From contig JAUCBJ010001820.1 of assembly GCA_032718475.1 (NCBI GenBank), positions 1 through 45,785 of the forward strand: a stretch of 45,785 nt of DNA. Reading direction: 5' to 3'. A model generated the notes under the pieces. It was given only the letters and a program-made list of their open reading frames with translations. It had not been told where the DNA came from and did no database searches. Numbering within the stretch: position 1 is the first letter of the stretch; each line of letters begins with the position of its first letter. This document shows, in pieces, positions 27,601 through 38,160 of the stretch. The translations under genes and the position numbers were made by a program. The stretch is from Nemertoderma westbladi. Taxonomy: Eukaryota; Animalia; Xenacoelomorpha.

Positions 27601-28440
27601 AATGTATCAATGCATCACCAAACAATGTATCATAATGTATCAATGCATCGCCAAACAATGTATCATAATGTATCAATGCATCGCCAAACAATGTATCATA
27701 ATGTATCAATGCATCGCCAAACAATGTATCATAATGTATCAATACATCGCCAAACAATGTATCATAATGTATCAATGCATCGCCAAACAATGTATCATAA
27801 TGTATCAATGCATCGCCAATGTATCATAATGTATCAATGCATCGCCAAACAATGTATCATAATGTATCAATGCATCGCCAATGTATCATAATGTATCAAT
27901 GCATCGCCAAACAATGTATCATAATGTATCAATGCATCGCCAAACAATGTATCATAATGTATCAATGCATCGCCAAACAATGTATCATAATGTATCAATG
28001 CATCGCCAATGTATCATAATGTATCAATGCATCGCCAAACAATGTATCATAATGTATCAATACATCGCCAAACAATGTATCATAATGTATCAATACATCG
28101 CCAAACAATGTATCATAATGTATCAATACATTTTTAATTCTCTATGATATTTACAAATTCTTTTATATAAATATCTATATATTCTATAAATATAAAATTA
28201 TAAAAATATTTTGCTGGTATTTTGTGTTATCAATGAATATTTCATTATATTACAGGTAACTGTTCTAGAACATGTCGAATATTTCACATCTGTGCGATGC
28301 TATGGCTGGAACCGGACCCATACAACCAATGTTTCTGGGATTACGAAAACAACTCTACCGCATCCCCACATAGAACTAACTCCTACATTACTTTACTTCT
28401 TGCTATAGCAATAAACTACTTTATATTACTGCGCCGGTGA
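9470..28440 (+). CDS. Acid sphingomyelinase-like phosphodiesterase (SMPDL3A/3B family), spliced, 5'-incomplete: join(9470..9680,12580..12830,13499..13662,18592..18769,20220..20418,20739..20869,28256..28440)
   Basis: All six internal introns are GT-AG with compatible phases (2,1,0,1,2,1). The exons total 1319 nt, plus 1 nt from an upstream exon, giving 439 aa and TGA. Metallophosphoesterase motifs appear in order: WAISDVH, GNYRCDPP, IWNGDNMPH, LGSRDYHP, IALNT, DPGGQF, AHTPPG, QFYGHSH, PSLSP..NPGFR, and C-terminal CSRTC..HICAM..C. The 3A vs 3B assignment cannot be made by eye. Confidence 0.93.
9674..10720. repeat. 22-bp tandem array of the exon-2 splice donor (about 47 copies)
   Basis: Unit ggaacgg|gtaagcctttagata; the first copy is the real junction. 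Distal copies drift to a 44-bp ggaatgggtaagattttagata/gggatgggtaagtctttagata dimer. Confidence 0.95.
12132..12307 (+). mobile_element. 176-bp element: tRNA-like Pol III unit between perfect 37-bp terminal inverted repeats
   Basis: 12132-12168 is the exact reverse complement of 12271-12307. Box A TGGTGTAGTGG at 12170, box B GGTTCGATCC at 12213, T5 run at 12241. No acceptor stem. Confidence 0.8.
12580..12830 (+). CDS. SMPDL3-like exon 3: GDNMPHIDAEL...FGTLGSRDYHPENEMP...VWRTWLDPYRDAVATMKK
   Basis: tacttacag acceptor, T|gttagt donor; overlaps ORF 12587..12835. Confidence 0.92.
12937..13508. repeat. 31-bp tandem array of the exon-4 splice acceptor (19 copies of CCCAG|CTGG)
   Basis: Unit tttgtttgtttattttcccag|ctggatacta; the last copy continues into the real exon. 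An approximately 5-unit higher-order pattern recurs three times. Confidence 0.95.
13499..13662 (+). CDS. SMPDL3-like exon 4: SGYYSLEVTSGIRVIALNTGLYF...DPDPGGQFNFLRNELKKSRDLAKK
   Basis: ttcccag acceptor, AAA|gtaagt donor; corresponds to the C-terminal part of ORF 12901..13671. Confidence 0.92.
14283..16481 (-). mobile_element. 5'-truncated RTE-clade non-LTR retrotransposon (RT domain), intronic and antisense, with 45-bp TSD
   Basis: ORF 14319..15902 has PVPKKG, QNGFRKGR, FVDFFKAFDS, QGDTLAPFLF, DFADD and YLGSW. The frame stays open upstream to a TAG at 16406-16404. (TAG)n tail. Direct repeats at 14238-14282 and 16482-16526. Confidence 0.95.
18592..18769 (+). CDS. SMPDL3-like exon 5: TIILAHTPPG...EYKDVIASQFYGHSHAPTFKVDITKT
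   Basis: tcttcgcag acceptor, G|gtgaat donor; HxPPG and GHxH motifs. Confidence 0.93.
19556..19842. repeat. 23-bp minisatellite (about 12 copies)
   Basis: Unit tttgcgcctacagtactagtagc. Confidence 0.95.
20220..20418 (+). CDS. SMPDL3-like exon 6: DGYTDSERATGVMFMGPSLSPYSNRNPGFRRYTYD...FYLDL...PKWVKLS
   Basis: atgttacag acceptor, GA|gtatgt donor; NPGFR motif. Confidence 0.92.
20739..20869 (+). CDS. SMPDL3-like exon 7: DTMEDYGMQSLSPPDVHSLILRMAENETLFDRYWNNYDLRTGLN
   Basis: ttctatag acceptor, G|gttagt donor. The YG..L.P....L..RM......F..Y pattern fits the ASM C-terminal domain. Confidence 0.88.
21115..28131. repeat. 33-bp satellite (over 200 copies, about 7 kb) filling the last intron
   Basis: Unit aatgtatcataatgtatcaatgcatcgccaaac, with 29-bp variants lacking aaac and higher-order blocks. 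Confidence 0.98.
28256..28440 (+). CDS. SMPDL3-like terminal exon: GNCSRTCRIFHICAMLWLEPDPYNQCFWDYENNSTASPHRTNSYITLLLAIAINYFILLRR*
   Basis: attacag acceptor in phase 1, conserved four-Cys pattern, hydrophobic tail, TGA at 28438-28440. Confidence 0.9.
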
Positions 28441-28515
28441 CGCGGTTGTGATATTAATAGCAGTGAATTATTTTAATTTATTTATTGTTTATATAACTTA
28501 AACCTTACCTTTGTA

Positions 28516-28525
28516 AATAAATAAA
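28516..28525 (+). promoter_or_regulatory. Candidate polyadenylation signal (two overlapping AATAAA)
   Basis: aataaataaa about 75 nt after the SMPDL3-like stop codon. Confidence 0.55.
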
Positions 28526-29445
28526 ATTGGTTTATTTTATCAAATACGAAATTTTTTCTGAAGGAAGACATATTTGGTAGAATTTAGTCAGCAATATAAA
28601 TGTCTATTCAATCTCCATAAATCTCTTCATAATATTTAAACAGTTGATAAAGGGGTCGCGGATTTCGTATACAGTTAATACCGGTATTACATTGTACAAG
28701 TACGGTGTGGTGTGATGTATTTTAGCTGTTTTATTACGCGAATTTTCCAAATTTCCTATATGAGTTATCAATATTTCGCTAACCTCGCAAAAAAATTTAA
28801 AATTAATACAGTGTATCCGTATTAGGAAACAGAAGGAAACGATAATAATGAAAATCTCAAATTATTTTATAATCTATCTAATCTATAATCCAACTCGCTA
28901 TATTTTTACTAAAATTCTTTATATTTAGAAATATATTTCTCAGTGGATAGGCAATTACAAAAACTGGAAACCAAAGTTTAATGAAAATAACAAAAATTTA
29001 ACCTACACATCACATATAATAAAATAAAAATAATGGCATTAAATCCAGTCACTAAGGTTCCGAGATAAATTACAAAAAATTTGAAATCTCTTCTCTACAC
29101 AACCAAAATATCAGCTCACCAAAATACAGTTTGACATCTTTCATTTTCATCCTTCATTTTCATTTGATCATATTATTTATGTACAAATTTATAACTTTAT
29201 TGTATTCAAAGATTAAAGCATATCCGGAAATACGGGGCCCATGTGAAGTATACCATTATACCAAAAAATAAAAGAATTAGTATCAGGGTAAAATAAATAA
29301 GCGCTATAAAACACTTGAGGAGAAATTTAAAAAATACAAATATTCATAAATAAAATTCTAATAAAATTTAGACCGAATTGTGAAGACCTCATATTCTTCA
29401 CTTGGGTGAAATCACGGACTTAGAATACAGACAATATTTCACCAA

Positions 29446-32400
29446 ACTTTATTTAGCTCAGTACTGTAGTGTGCTTTCGTCGTGCCAGACTACTTTATTT
29501 AGCTCAGTACTGTAGTGTGCTTTCTTCGTACCAGACTACTTTATTTAGCTCAGTACTGTAGTGTGCTTTCTTCGTGCCAGACTAATTTATTTAGCTCAGT
29601 ACTGTAGTGTGCTTTCTTCGTGCCAGACTACTTTATTTAGCTCAGTACTGTAGTGTGCTTTCTTCGTGCCAGACTACTTTATTTAGCTCAGTACTGTAGT
29701 GTGCTTTCTTCGTGCCAGACTACTTTATTTAGCTCAGTACTGTAGTGTGCTTTCTTCGTGCCAGACTACTTTATTTAGCTCAGTACTGTAGTGTGCTTTC
29801 TTCGTACCAGACTACTTTATTTAGCTCAGTACTGTAGTGTGCTTTCTTCGTGCCAGACTAATTTATTTAGCTCAGTACTGTAGTGTGCTTTCTTCGTGCC
29901 AGACTACTTTATTTAGCTCAGTACTGTAGTGTGCTTTCTTCGTGCCAGACTACTTTATTTAGCTCAGTACTGTAGTGTGCTTTCTTCGTGCCAGACTACT
30001 TTATTTAGCTCAGTACTGTAGTGTGCTTTCTTCGTGCCAGACTACTTTATTTAGCTCAGTACTGTAGTGTGCTTTCTTCGTGCCAGACTACTTTATTTAG
30101 CTCAGTACTGTAGTGTACCTTCTTCGTGCCAGACTACTTTATTTAGCTCAGTACTGTAGTGTGCTTTCTTCGTGCCAGACTACTTTATTTAGCTCAGTAC
30201 TGTAGTTTGCTTTCTTCGTGCCAGACTACTTTATTTAGCTCAGTACTGTAGTGTGCTTTCTTCGTGCCAGACTACTTTATTTAGCTCAGTACTGTAGTGT
30301 GCTTTCTTCGTGCCAGACTACTTTATTTAGCTCAGTACTGTAGTGTACCTTCTTCGTGCCAGACTACTTTATTTAGCTCAGTACTGTAGTGTGCTTTCTT
30401 CGTGCCAGACTACTTTATTTAGCTCAGTACTGTAGTTTGCTTTCTTCGTGCCAGACTACTTTATCTAGCTCAGTACTGTAGTTTGCTTTCTTCGTGCCAG
30501 ACTACTTTATTTAGCTCAGTACTGTAGTGTGCCTTCTTCGTGCCAGACTACTTTATTTAGCTCAGTACTGTAGTGTGCTTTCTTCGTGCCAGACTACTTC
30601 ATTTAGCTCAGTACTGTAGTGTGCTTTCTTCGTGCCAGACTACTTTATTTAGCTCAGTACTGTAGTGTGCTTTCTTCGTGCCAGACTACTTTATTTAGCT
30701 CAGTACTGTAGTGTGCTTTCTTCGTGCCAGACTACTTTATCTAGCTCAGTACTGTAGTGTACTTTCTTCATGCCAGACTACTTTATTTAGCTCAGTACTG
30801 TAGTTTGCTTTCTTCGTGCCAGACTACTTTATTTAGCTCAGTACTGTAGTTTGCTTTCTTCGTGCCAGACTACTTTATTTAGCTCAGTACTGTAGTTTGC
30901 TTTCTTCGTGCCAGACTACTTTATTTAGCTCAGTACTGTAGTGTGCTTTCTTCGTGCCAGACTACTTTATTTAGTTCAGTACTGTAGTGTGCTTTCTTCG
31001 TGCCAGACTACTATATTTAGCTCAGTACTGTAGTGTGCTTTCTTCGTGCCAGACTACTTTATTTAGCTCAATACTGTAGTGTGCTTTCTTCGTGCCAGAC
31101 TACTATATTTAGCTCAGTACTGTAGTGTGCTTTCTTCGTGCCAGACTACTTTATTTAGCTCAGTACTGTAGTGTGCTTTCTTCGTGCCAGACTACTTTAT
31201 TTAGCTCAGTACTGTAGTGTGCTTTCTTCGTGCCAGACTACTTTATTTAGCTCAGTACTGTAGTGTGCTTTCTTCGTGCCAGACTACTTTATTTAGCTCA
31301 GTACAGTAGTTTGCTTTCTTCGTGCCAGACTACTTTATTTAGCTCAGTACTGTAGTGTGCTTTCTTCGTGCCAGACTACTTTATTTAGCTTAGTACTGTA
31401 GTGTGCTTTTTTCGTGCCAGACTACTTTATTTAGCTCAGTACTGTAGTGTGCTTTTTTCGTGCCAGACGACTTACTTTATTTAGCTCAGTACTGTAGTGT
31501 GCTTTCTTCGTGCCAGACTACTTTATTTAGCTCAGTACTGCAGTGTGCTTTCCTCGTGCCAGACTAATTTATTTAGCTCAGTACTGTAGTGTGCTTTTTT
31601 CGTGCCAGACTACTTACTTTATTTAGCTCAGTACTGTAGTGTGCTTTCTTCGTGCCAGACTACTTTATTTAGCTCAGTACTGTAGTGTGCTTTTTTCGTG
31701 CCAGACGACTTACTTTATTTAGCTCAGTACTGTAGTGTGCTTTCTTCGTGCCAGACTACTTTATTTAGCTCAGTACTGCAGTGTGCTTTCCTCGTGCCAG
31801 ACTACTTTATTTAGCTCAGTACTGTAGTGTGCTTTTTTCGTGCCAGACTACTTACTTTATTTAGCTCTGTACTGTAGTGTGCTTTCTTCGTGCCAGACGA
31901 CTTACTTTATTTAGCTCTGTACTGTAGTGTGCTTTATTCGTGCCAGACTACTTTATTTAGCTCAGTACTGTAGTGTGCTTTTTTCGTGCCAGACGACTTA
32001 CTTTATTTAGCTCAGTACTGTAGTGTGCTTTCTTCGTACCAGACTACTTTATTTAGCTCAGTACTGTAGTGTGCTTTTTTCGTGCCAGACGACTTACTTT
32101 ATTTAGCTCAGTACTGTAGTGTGCTTTCTTCGTACCAGACTACTTTATTTAGCTTAGTACTGTAGTGTGCTTTTTTCGTGCCAGACGACTTACTTTATTT
32201 AGCTCAGTACTGTAGTGTGCTTTCTTCGTACCAGACTACTTTATTTAGCTTAGTACTGTAGTGTGCTTTTTTCGTGCCAGACGACTTACTTTATTTAGCT
32301 CAGTACTGTAGTGTGCTTTCTTCGTACCAGACTACTTTATTTAGCTCAGTACTGCAGTGTGCTTTCTTCGTGCCAGACTACTTTATTTAGCTCAATACTG

Positions 32401-35400
32401 TAGTGTGCTTTCTTCGTACCAGACTACTTTATTTAGCTCAGTACTGTAGTGTGCTTTTTTCGTGCCAGACGACTTACTTTATTTAGCTCAGTACTGTAGT
32501 GTGCTTTCTTCGTGCCAGACGACTTACTTTATTTAGCTCAGTACTGTAGTGTGCTTTCCTCGTGCCAGACTACTTTATTTAGCTCAGTACTGTAGTGTAC
32601 TTTCTTCGTGCCAGACTACTTTATTTAGCTCAGTACTGTAGTGTGCTTTCCTCGTGCCAGACTACTTTATTTAGCTCAGTACTGTAGTGTGCTTTCTTCG
32701 TGCCAGACTACTTTATTTAGCTCAGTACTGTAGTGTGCTTTCTTCGTTCCAGACTACTTTATTTAGCTCAGTACTGTAGTGTGCTTTCTTCGTGCCAGAC
32801 TACTTTATTTAGCTCAGTAATGTAGTGTGCTTTCTTCGTGCCAGACTACTTTATTTAGCTCAGTACTGTAGTGTGCTTTTTTCGTGCCAGACGACTTACT
32901 TTATTTAGCTCAGTACTGTAGTGTGCTTTCTTCGTGCCAGACTACTTTATTTAGCTCAGTACTGTAGTGTGCTTTCTTCGTACCAGACTACTTTATTTAT
33001 CTCAGTACTGTAGTGTGCTTTCTTCGTGCCAGACTACTTTATTTAGCTCAGTACTGTAGTGTGCTTTCTTCGTACCAGACTACTTTATTTATCTCAGTAC
33101 TGTAGTGTGCTTTCCTCGTGCCAGACTACTTTATTTAGCTCAGTACTGTAGTGTACTTTCTTCGTGCCAGACTACTTTATTTAGCTCAGTACTGTAGTGT
33201 GCTTTCTTCGTAACAGACTACTCTATTTATCTCAGTACTGTAGTGTGCTTTCCTCGTGCCAGACTACTTTATTTAGCTCAGTACTGTAGTGTGCTTTTTT
33301 CGTGCCAGACGACTTACTTTATTTAGCTCAGTACTGTAGTGTGCTTTCTTCGTGCCAGACTACTTTATTTAGCTCAGTACTGTAGTGTGCTTTCTTCGTA
33401 CCAGACTACTTTATTTATCTCAGTACTGTACAGTAGTGTGCTCTCCTCGTGCCAGACTACTTTATTTAGCTCAGTACTGTAGTGTGCTTTCTTCGTGCCA
33501 GACTACTTTATTTAGCTCAGTACTGTAGTGTGCTTTTTTCGTGCCAGACGACTTACTTTATTTAGCTCAGTACTGTAGTGTGCTTTCTTCGTGCTAGACT
33601 ACTTTATTTAGCTCAGTACTGTAGTGTGCTTTCTTCCTGCCAGACTACTTTATTTAGCTCAGTACTGTAGTGTGCTTTCTTCGTACCAGACTACTTTATT
33701 TAGCTCAGTACTGTAGTGTGCTTTCTTCGTGCCAGACTACTTTATTTAGCTCAGTACTGTAGTGTGCTTTTTTCGTGCCAGACGACTTACTTTATTTAGC
33801 TCAGTACTGTAGTGTGCTTTCTTCGTGCCAGACTACTTTATTTAGCTCAGTACTGTAGTGTGCTTTCTTCGTGCCAGACTACTTTATTTAGCTCAGTACT
33901 GTAGTGTGCTTTCCTCGTGCCAGACTACTTTATTTAGCTCAGTACTGTAGTGTGCTTTCTTCGTGCCAGACTACTTTATTTAGCTCAGTACTGTAGTGTG
34001 CTTTTTTCGTGCCAGACGACTTACTTTATTTAGCTCAGTACTGTAGTGTACCTTCTTCGTGCCAGACTACTTTATTTAGCTCAGTACTGTAGTGTGTTTT
34101 CTTCGTGCCAGACTACTTTATTTAGCTCAGTACTGTAGTGTGCTTTCTTCGTGCCAGACTACTTTATTTAGCTCAGTACTGTAGTGTGCTTTTTTCGTGC
34201 CAGACGACTTACTTTATTTAGCTCAGTACTGTAGTGTGCTTCCTTCGTGCCAGACTACTTTATTTAGCTTAGTACTGTAGTGTGCTTTCTTCGTGCCAGA
34301 CTACTTTATTTAGCTCAGTACTGTAGTGTGCTTTCTTCGTGCCAGACTACATTATTTAGCTCGCTCAGTACTGTAGTGTGCTTTCTTCGTGCCAGACTAC
34401 ATTATTTAGCTCAGTACTGTAGTGTGCTTTTTTCGTGCCAGACTACTTACTTTATTTAGCTTAGTACTGTAGTGTACTTTCTTCGTGCCAGACTACTTTA
34501 TTTAGCTCAGTACTGTAGTGTGCTTTCTTCGTGTCAGACTACTTTATTTAGCTCACTAGCCTACTGTAGTGTCTTTCTTCGTGCCAGACTACTTACATTA
34601 TTTAGCTCAGTTGCTCAGTACTGTAGTGTGCTTTATTCGTGCCAGACTACTTTATTTAGCTCAGTACTGTAGTGTGCTTTCTTCGTGCCAGACTACTTTA
34701 TTTAGCTCAGTACTGTAGTGTGCTTTCTTCGTGCCAGACTACTTTATTTAGCTCAGTACAGTAGTGTACTTTCTTCGTGCCAGACTACTTTATTTAGCTC
34801 AGTACTGTAGTGTGCCTTCTTCGTACCAGACTATACTTATTTAGCTCAGTACTGTAGTGTGCTTTCTTCGTGCCAGACTACTTTATTTAGCTCACTAGCC
34901 TACTGTAGTGTCTTTCTTCGTGCCAGACTACTTACATTATTTAGCTCAGTACTGTAGTGTGCCTTCTTCGTGCCAGACACCAAGGTTCCACCTTGGTGTA
35001 GTGGTTGCATTGAATTCACATCTCCTGTAGGTCGTGGGTTCGATCCTCACATGGGCCAGGGCAGTTTTCGTTTCGGCACGAATGCTTTAAAGGGACCAGC
35101 CAGGGCTCATCTCTGCCTTGCATCCTTAAGTGGTAGCTAAATGAGTACTAGAGTTTCCTCTGGGGAGTAAAGTTCTGGGGGGACCGCACTGGAAATAAGT
35201 CGTCAGACTTTGTGCGTAATCCCTGGCCAAGCGGCCGAAGAAAATTTACTTACTTTACTTTTGACTACTTACTTTATTTAGCTCAGTACTGTAGTGTGCT
35301 TTCTTCGTGCCAGACTACTTTATTTAGCTCAGTACTGTAGTGTGCTTTCTTCGTGCCAGACTACTTTATTTAGCTCAGTACTGTAGTGTGCTTTCTTCGT

Positions 35401-36480
35401 GCCAGACTACTTTATTTAGCTCAGTACTGTAGTGTGCTTTCTTCGTGCCAGACTACTTTATTTAGCTCAGTACTGTAGGGTGCTTTCTTCGTGCCAGACT
35501 ACTTTATTTAGCTCAGTACTGTAGTGTGCTTTCTTCGTGCCAGACTACTTTATTTAGCTCAGTACTGTAGTGTGCTTTCTTCGTGCCAGACTACTTTATT
35601 TAGCTCAGTACTGTAGTGTACCTTCTTCGTGCCAGACTACTTTATTTAGCTCAGTACTGTAGTGTGCTTTCTTCGTGCCAGACGACTTACTTTATTTAGC
35701 TCTGTGCTGTAGTGTGCTTTCTTCGTGCCAGACTACTTTATTTAGCTCAGTACTGTAGTGTGCTTTCTTCGTGCCAGGCGACTTACTTTATTTAGCTCAG
35801 TACTGTAGTGTGCTTTCTTCGTGCCAGACTACTTTATTTAGCTCAGTACTGTAGTGTGCTTTCTTCGTGCCAGACTACTTTATTTAGCTCAGTACTGTAG
35901 TGTGCTTTCTTCGTGCCAGACTACTTTATTTAGCTCAGTACTGTAGTGTGCTTTCTTCGTGCCAGACTACTTTATTTAGCTCAGTACTGTAGTGTGCTTT
36001 CTTCGTCCCAGACTACTTTATTTAGCTCAGTACTGTAGTGTACCTTCTTCGTGCCAGACTACTTTATTTAGCTCAGTACTGTAGTGTGCTTTCTTCGTGC
36101 CAGACGACTTACTTTATTTAGCTCTGTACTGTAGTGTGCTTTCTTCGTGCCAGACTACTTTATTTAGCTCAGTACTGTAGTGTGCTTTCTTCGTGCCAGA
36201 CGACTTACTTTATTTAGCTCAGTACTGTAGTGTGCTTTCTTCGTGCCAGACTACTTTATTTAGCTCAGTACTGTAGTGTGCTTTCTTCGTGCCAGACTAC
36301 TTTATTTAGCTCAGTAATGTAGTGTGCTTTTTTCGTGCCAGACTACTTTATTTAGCTCAGTACTATAGTGTGCTTTCTTCGTGCCAGACTACTTCATTTA
36401 GCTCAGTACTATAGTGTGCTTTCTTCGTGCCAGACTACTTTATTTAGCTCAGTACTGTAGTGTGCTTTCTTCGTGCCAGA
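29446..36480. repeat. 46-bp satellite (about 145 copies) interrupted by a SINE
   Basis: Unit actttatttagctcagtactgtagtgtgctttcttcgtgccagact, with a 50-bp variant carrying an extra 4 nt. Confidence 0.98.
34982..35262 (+). mobile_element. tRNA-derived SINE, copy 1
   Basis: Box A TGGTGTAGTGG, box B GGTTCGATCC, body, 3' stem-loop aagtc-gtca-gactt and a (TTTAC)n-like tail. Differs from copy 44262-44550 by 7 substitutions. Confidence 0.9.
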
Positions 36481-36962
36481 TAATTAGTATAGTATATGGG
36501 CTGGGCATAAGTGTTCCAATATAATATACATTAGGTGTTAGTGAGGCTGAGCCCAACCAAATACAAATATTCTTGGCAAAAAGTAGTCAGTCAGCTCAGC
36601 AAGTAGATAGTCATAATGTCAAATTGTTCAAAAAATAATCAAATAAATAAAACAAAAAATAAAATAATCAAATTGTTCAAAAACGGCATAGCAAGAAATC
36701 CCACCCCTGAATTGTGGTTGTCTTGTCTATTCATCTGTCTGTCAGGCGGTCTGTTGTTTATGAAAGCATTACACATAACTGTTTGTCTGTCAGTTCCATT
36801 TCGACAGAGACAGACCGACTAGATGGAGCCAAATGAGAAACCAGATTAGAAACTGACGTCGGAAGCCGGAATCACCGGATCATTTAATAACAATTGGCGG
36901 GAGGGTTTCAAAACATTGAATACCGGCCTTATTAAGGGAGAGGAGCGGGATTACAATGGGAC

Positions 36963-37251
36963 ATTAAGTATATAATGTAATAGGACAATATGATGAGGAA
37001 TGAATATCAACCGACCATATTAGGGCTCGAACCCGGTACCTATAGGTTTCAAACTTCCTGTTATCTTCAGCCGGGTGTGCGTACTGAGCTACCAGGCCGG
37101 ATAGAGAATTCGCTATGGAGGGGGATATCATAATTAGGCCAACAAATCACTCAAAGGAAAATACGTTATTCCCGTGCTCTGCCAGAAATGGCAACCAAAC
37201 CATGCCTCAAAGGGGAGCAGTATCCTATTGTCCTATTACATTATACTTAAT
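36963..37251 (-). mobile_element. Second TIR-bounded element with a degenerate tRNA-like promoter
   Basis: 36963-36990 and 37226-37251 are inverted repeats (one 2-bp indel). The minus strand has GGCCTGGTAGCTCAGT (box A-like) and GGGTTCGAGCC (box B). Confidence 0.65.
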
Positions 37252-38027
37252 TCACCGTCACTCACCCACCTCACAACAATTCATTTATTATTACAATGGG
37301 ACATTATTCTAACCAAGACAATATACTAATGTCAACAGAACAGAACAAGTTACAGTTTTATTTTTGGGAGTAATCAGCTGTTATTTGCGCCCATTTCCCC
37401 ATTGAGAGGGATGAATATTGATTGCGTCGAAAACTCCCCGTGTCCGCTTCAATGTGTAGAAGACTGCAATTAATAAACTACTACAACCCAATATAATACA
37501 TTTTACTTTCATTTTGTCGTCTAATCAATAAATAATCGTCTAAACAAACTACATAACTTCAACATACAATTATAAACTAGGCAACCCCTTAGACTTTTGG
37601 AGATAAATTAAGCTAAAAAAGGAATTTTTAAACATTTTGAAATTCAATTTATTTTCTTTAGATATTAAACATTTGTATTCCAAGATAAGTGGAACATAAT
37701 TAATTATTTTCAAACTATTTAAATAACAGTTCATAAAGTTCAGGGCAATAAGATAATAAATTGCACAAGGGAAGTCATAGATACACAAGGTCATGGAATA
37801 TCTACAATACCGGATCCGCCTTATTGTTAAATATCAATCATCAATGATACTACTTCCTTCATCTTGTACACGGTTCATTCTACAAAATATTTGCCATATT
37901 TTGTCAAATAAAATTATTTGTTCAAAATCCCATTAAACTATATATTTTCTGAAAGCTGGTGACGACAGCTAAGATAGTGGCAAACCTCCCATATAATATT
38001 ACAAGATGTTAAAACCCACTAAAGGCA

Positions 38028-38160
38028 TGTCCCACCCTGTTACCATGTTTTGATGGGGAGGAACAGGCGGGACAAGTCCCACCTGTTACCAAGTTTTTAT
38101 GGGGTACAGACGGGACAAGTCCAACCTGTTACCATGTTTTGATGGCGTACAAGCGGGACA
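38028..38160. repeat. About 45-bp degenerate tandem repeat x3 (gtccca..cctgttacca..gcgggacaa)
   Basis: Three visible units. An inverted copy of the motif lies at about 38620-38660, so this may be part of a non-autonomous DNA element. Confidence 0.6.

Noticed and set aside
21018-28147. Dozens of His/Cys-rich repetitive ORFs (MYHNVSMHRQT, QCIIMYQCIAK, IHYDTLFGDAL)
   Set aside because: The 33-bp unit keeps frames open trivially, 29-bp variants shift frame freely, and the array lies inside an intron.
28211-28408. 65-aa ORF from the track
   Set aside because: Wrong frame; the true terminal exon is 28256-28440 in another frame with the conserved cysteines.
1-36480. CRISPR-like appearance of the 26-49 bp repeat arrays
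   Set aside because: Units are head-to-tail with no unique spacers, there are no cas genes, and the context is eukaryotic with spliceosomal introns.
29446-36480. 46/50-bp satellite as an amplified minus-strand donor (AAA|GTAAGT) or poly(A) signal
   Set aside because: No convincing exon leads into the array from 36480 and no minus-strand gene is evident there.
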